From an uncultured Actinomycetota bacterium (lineage in GTDB: Bacteria; Actinomycetota; Actinomycetes; JAHEKZ01): a DNA stretch of 64,000 nt. The stretch covers positions 1,024,001-1,088,000 of the forward strand of contig CAWHIJ010000003.1 of NCBI GenBank assembly GCA_963829525.1. The letters run 5' to 3'. The position numbers were made by a program, and so were the translations under genes. Under the pieces are notes generated by a model that did no database searches, was not told the DNA's origin, and saw only the letters and a program-made list of their open reading frames with translations. Positions 59,822 through 64,000 of this stretch are shown piece by piece. Each line of letters starts with the position of its first letter. Position 1 is the stretch's first letter.

Positions 59822-61846
59822 ATGAGAACACCGATCTACGTCGGAGGGCTCGACGTCTCCGCTCGGGCAGGCGCGCTGCTCGGGGCAGCGAGCACGGGCT
59901 TGTCGTTCCAGCCGAATCTGTTGTCCCGGGGGACCAGGGACCAGGCGATGATCAGCGGCGTTGCCGCGGCGACAGCGTTCGGGTGGGGCACGTCGGCTCA
60001 CTCTTTCTTGCGCTCCACGGCAGATCGGCTGCCGTTCGCGACGCGCTCGTCGACAGGTCGGATCATTTCCGGCCTGGTCGTTGACGCCACCGCCGCGGCG
60101 GTCGGAGCGGCTGCGCTTCGTACGGTTCCGGCACGCGAACACGAGTCGAACCGTCGGGCGCTGGCCCGGCTGGCGGCAACCGGTGCCATGGCCGCAGGCG
60201 CGGCCGGGATCGGTGCCGACCTGCTGGAGTTTCGGCGTGATCGGCCAGGTGGCCGATTGGCCACGTTGCTCACCGCACTGGCCAGCAGCGGTGCCTCCTA
60301 TGCCGCGACCCGTCCGCGACGGACGATGATCGGTTCGGTCACCCCCGGTGAGGGTCGAGGCGCACGAGAACGTGCACCGTGAGGTCTCGCCACCACAAGC
60401 GATCGCCTCGGGGGTGGCCATCACCCTTGTGCTGATCGGCGTTGCCCGAGGCGAGTCGGCTCTCAGCTCGGGTCTTTCCCGGGCCTCGGCGACACGTCCT
60501 CGGCGGATCGCCTCAGGACCACCGGGCGTTGGGCCGTCTGGGAGCTTTTGGCGCGTTGGCCGGACTGGGCTGGCTCGCGGTCACCGCGGCCAACCACAAG
60601 CTGTCAGCAGTCGGCGACGACGTCGAGATCGCGAACCTGCGGGCTCCCGATCTTGCCGAGGTCACTGGTAGCCCGGCGTCGCACATCCCGTGGTCGGACC
60701 AGTCGCGAGAGTCGAGCCGTTGGCTGTCGACTGTCCTGCGCCGCGAATCGATCTGCGCGGTCATGGGTGAGCCGGCCAACAGCCCATCCGCGTCTACGCC
60801 CCGCTGTCCAGCGCGGACACCGAGGAGCAACGCGCCGAACTGCTGCTGGCCGAGATCGACCGCACCGGGGCGCTGGACCACCCGTGTTCGCGCTGTTCTC
60901 CCCCACCGGATCGGGCTACGTGAACTACGTGGCCACCGACACGTTCGAGTACTTGGCGCGCGGCGACTGCGCGTCGGTCGGCATCCAGTACTCGGTGCTG
61001 CCCTCGGCGTTGTCCCTCAACAAGGTCGGAATGGGAACCCCGCCGACGAAGATGGTCGTCAACGGCATCATCGAGCGACTCCTGCAGCGCCCAGTGGACA
61101 AGCGCCCGCGGTTCGTCATGTTCGGCGAGAGTCTCGGGTCGCAGGTGAGCCAGGAGATGTTCCGCGGGCAAGGCATCACGGGTCCGGCCGGGATCGGGCT
61201 GGAGGCTGCGGTCTGGATCGGCACGCCCAACGCCACCGAATGGCGCGATGAGATCTGGGGCGACCGCTCGGTCTCGCAGGTGCCGTCCATCGGCCCGGGC
61301 GGCGCATTCCTGCCGCGGGCTGTGCGCGACTGGCACGGGCTGTCAGCCGAACAGTCCGCGCAGGTCAAGTACCTGCTGCTGCAGAACGGCGACGACCCGA
61401 TCCCGAAGTTCGGCCCGTCACTGTTGTGGCGCCAGCCGGCGTGGCTCGGTCCCGACGCCACGCGTCCCCCCGGTTCCCCACGCGGCACGGACTGGCGGCC
61501 GGTGGTCACCTTCTTCGCCACGTTCCTGGACATGCAGAACGCGCTGAGCCCGACGCCGGGGTCCTTCGACGAAGGTGGGCACGACTACCACCGCGAGATC
61601 CCGGAGGCCATCCGCACGGTGTTCGCGCTCGAGACCAGCGACGAGCAGTTCGCACGAGTGCAGCAGGCCCTGCGCCGTCGTGAGCTGATGTGGGAGACCG
61701 ATCGCCTGTGGCGAGCCGCCCAAACTACGTCGACACCCGAGCGGGAGGCGGCTGAGGAGGCCGTCATCACCAAGGTCGCGGGATGGACCGGCCGAGAGGT
61801 TGATCGAGCAGCGGTCGAGCAGATCGTGCTCGGCGACACCGACTGA
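59822..61846 (+). CDS. Membrane alpha/beta hydrolase (Abhydrolase_9-like), multiple frameshifts
   Basis: PTGSGYVN, QYSVLPS, FGESLG, DDPI, GHDY across ORFs 59822, 60348, 60442 and 60548. Confidence 0.72.
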
Positions 61847-61864
61847 GTGGTACCGGAGGCCGTC

Positions 61865-62547
61865 GTGAGCATTGAAAGCCGACGTGTCCTGTTCGTCTAC
61901 TTCTCGTACACCCAGCAGACTCGTCGTGTCGTAGACGCGATGGCCACGGTGCTCACGGCCCGGGACTACGAAGTGACCAAGGCGGCGCTTGAGTTCTCTG
62001 ACCCGCACTACGGGAAGCGCTTCTGCCAAGTTGCCGATGAGCTGGCCGATCGCCAAGATCGTTCGGGATGCTGCCGGCGCAGGTGCGACGGAAGACCGGC
62101 AACGGTCGGGATCCCGGCCGAAGCAGCCAGTGGCGACTATGACCTGGTGGTGATCGGGTCGCCGACGTGGTGGCTGACGACCTGCATGCCGGTCAGGTCC
62201 TACCTGCACGACCCCGCCGCTGCGAACGTCCTGAACGGCAGGCCCTTCGCCGTCTTCACCACCTCGCGTCGCTACTTACAAGAACAACATCAAGACGATG
62301 CGTGAGCTCGGCGAGAAGCACGGCGGGCGGTTCGTCGGTGACACGCCACTTCGTCTCGGACGGCAACCAGGTGATGTCGATGTGGTCGTGGCTCGTGTTC
62401 ATGCGGCACAACGTCGAGAAGCGCCGCTCGTATGGGGTGCCGCTGCCGAAACCAAACCTCTCAGAGGGCTTCGGCCGTGAGGCAGTCGATTTCATCACCC
62501 GGGTGTCCGCTGAGGCCCTGGCACAGTCGACGCCCGAGGCGAACTGA
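61865..62547 (+). CDS. Flavodoxin-like protein, frameshifted
   Basis: VYFSYTQQT, YDLVVIGSPTWW, PVRSYL, PFAVF. Confidence 0.68.
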
Positions 62548-62606
62548 TCGGAACGGGTCGCTCCGACGCGCCGTAGGCTGCGACTCGACATCGATGGAGG
62601 CTACGC

Positions 62607-63480
62607 ATGGCCAAGGCCAGAGCCAACCGCGGGGCCGTCGTCGTCACGGGAACGTCCACCGGGATCGGCGCAGCGACCGCCGCGCACCTGGCCGAGCTCG
62701 GGTTCACCGTCTTAGCCGGTGTGCGGACTCTCACCGACGACGAACCCCCCGGCGAGGCCAGCCAAGGCGTGACGCGCATTCGCCTCGACATCACGGACGA
62801 AGCGTCCGTTGCCACGGCGGTGCGCACGGTGTCTCGAGCCGTCGGTGAGCGGGGCCTGGTCGGCTTGGTGAACAACGCGGGGGTCGTCAAGCCCGCACCG
62901 ATCAGACTTCCAGCCGCTGGCCGACTTCCGAGAACAGCTCGAGGTCAACCTGGTGGGACACGTGTTGGTCATCCAGTCCTTCCTTCCGCTGATCCGGCGC
63001 GGGCACGGTCGCGTTGTCAACGTCGGCTCCATCGGCGGCCGGCTGGTTCTCCCCATCCACGGTGCCTACAGCGTGTCCAAGTTCGGCATGGAAGCGCTGA
63101 CGGATGCCCTACGACTGGAGCTTCGCCAGTGGGACATCCCGGTCAGCCTGGTCGACCCCGGGGCCACCGACACGGCCATCTTCGGAAAGACCCTGGCAGA
63201 GTTCGATCGTCTCGAGACGACGATCAGTGCCGACGGTTACCGTTTGTACGCTGAACAGATCGCGGCGCTGAGAGAGACCGTGGTGAAGACCTCCGAAAAC
63301 ACCGATCCGGCCCAGGTGCTGGCGAAGACAGTTGGTCGCGCGATGACATCGGACCGTCCGAGGACGCGCTATCTGGCCGGAAAGGGCGCCCGCAAGGCGG
63401 CGATCCTGGCAAGAATCGTCTCTGACCACGCCAAGGATCTTGCGATCGCGAAAGACGTCGGGCTCCCGAAACCGGAGTAG
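62607..63480 (+). CDS. SDR oxidoreductase, frameshift near 62900
   Basis: VTGTSTGIG, LVNNAG, NVGSIGG, YSVSK. Confidence 0.8.
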
Positions 63481-63551
63481 CTCGGTTCCGGGTGCGGCTG
63501 ACGTCCGGCGTCGAACCAATCATGGCCCGCACGGCACTCAGGAACTGACCG

Positions 63552-64000
63552 TCAGAGTCCTGTCTCTGCCTGGGCGCGACCGGTCTTCACAGCTTCCTTG
63601 AGCGCCGCGTAGTCATGCTCGTTCTGGTCGGCGTAGAGCTCAGCGAAGTCGGCGATGGCCTCGTCGAACTTGGTGGAGCCGCCCAGGTACGACGCTATGG
63701 CGAGGCGATCACCGGAGCGCGCATGGGCTCGGGCCAGCGTCCACGCGCAGAGTGCTGAGCGTAGAGATCCATGCCCTTGGGGATCATCCTTTCGATCGGG
63801 AAGGAGAACTTCCAGTCCCGCAACTGTAGGGTATCGAAATCCCGGTCGATTCCATCGGCACCGGTGACTCGATCCCAACCCAGAAAGATGTCACTCGTTG
63901 CTTGCATCAAGTGCTGACCGGCGACCACGCGTTGACCTTCATTGCCATACTTCGTGTCTCCGCAGAAACTTGATAGGACTGAGGGTTGGGCTTCCTTGCC
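63552..64000 (-). CDS. DUF2252 family protein, 3' part (frameshifted, runs off window)
   Basis: GQRVVAGQHLMQATSDIFLGW, QLRDWK, LCAWTLARAHARSGD, YADQNE.DY. Confidence 0.8.

Noticed and set aside
49382-64000. Classical integron, prophage or ICE
   Set aside because: No tyrosine or serine recombinase, attC-like sites, phage genes or conjugation genes seen.

Overview
High-GC actinobacterial chromosome. From about 1 to 49.3 kb it is mostly core genome. It begins with the conserved hisN-rsgA-SRAP-sigR(sigH)-rsrA-bL37-biotinyl carrier-whiB1-DAGK block, into which a c-di-GMP module is inserted (a 21-aa ORF enclosed by a 25-bp stem, then an intact and a degenerate membrane HD-GYP protein, with PilT downstream). 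It continues with sodN/sodX, malic enzyme, a DUF6421-SDR-threonine aldolase operon, kgd, three peptidases, phhA, a DEAD-box helicase, an ApbE flavinylation/ferric-reductase/NuoF-like/ferredoxin operon, tRNA-His, orn and a DosR-box USP-Acg pair. From tRNA-Arg(TCT) at 49.3 kb to the end is an accessory, frameshift-rich region. It is organised as a tandem array of cargo-carrying elements inserted at the 5' end of the tRNA. Each is bounded by GGACGTGCG inverted ends and an 8-9 bp duplication of the first tRNA bases, and at least two carry an outward-facing -10 box that could replace the tRNA promoter. A DDE-like transposase remnant abuts the first end. All family assignments come from motif recognition by eye, not from database searches. 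Many single-base frameshifts look like long-read indels.
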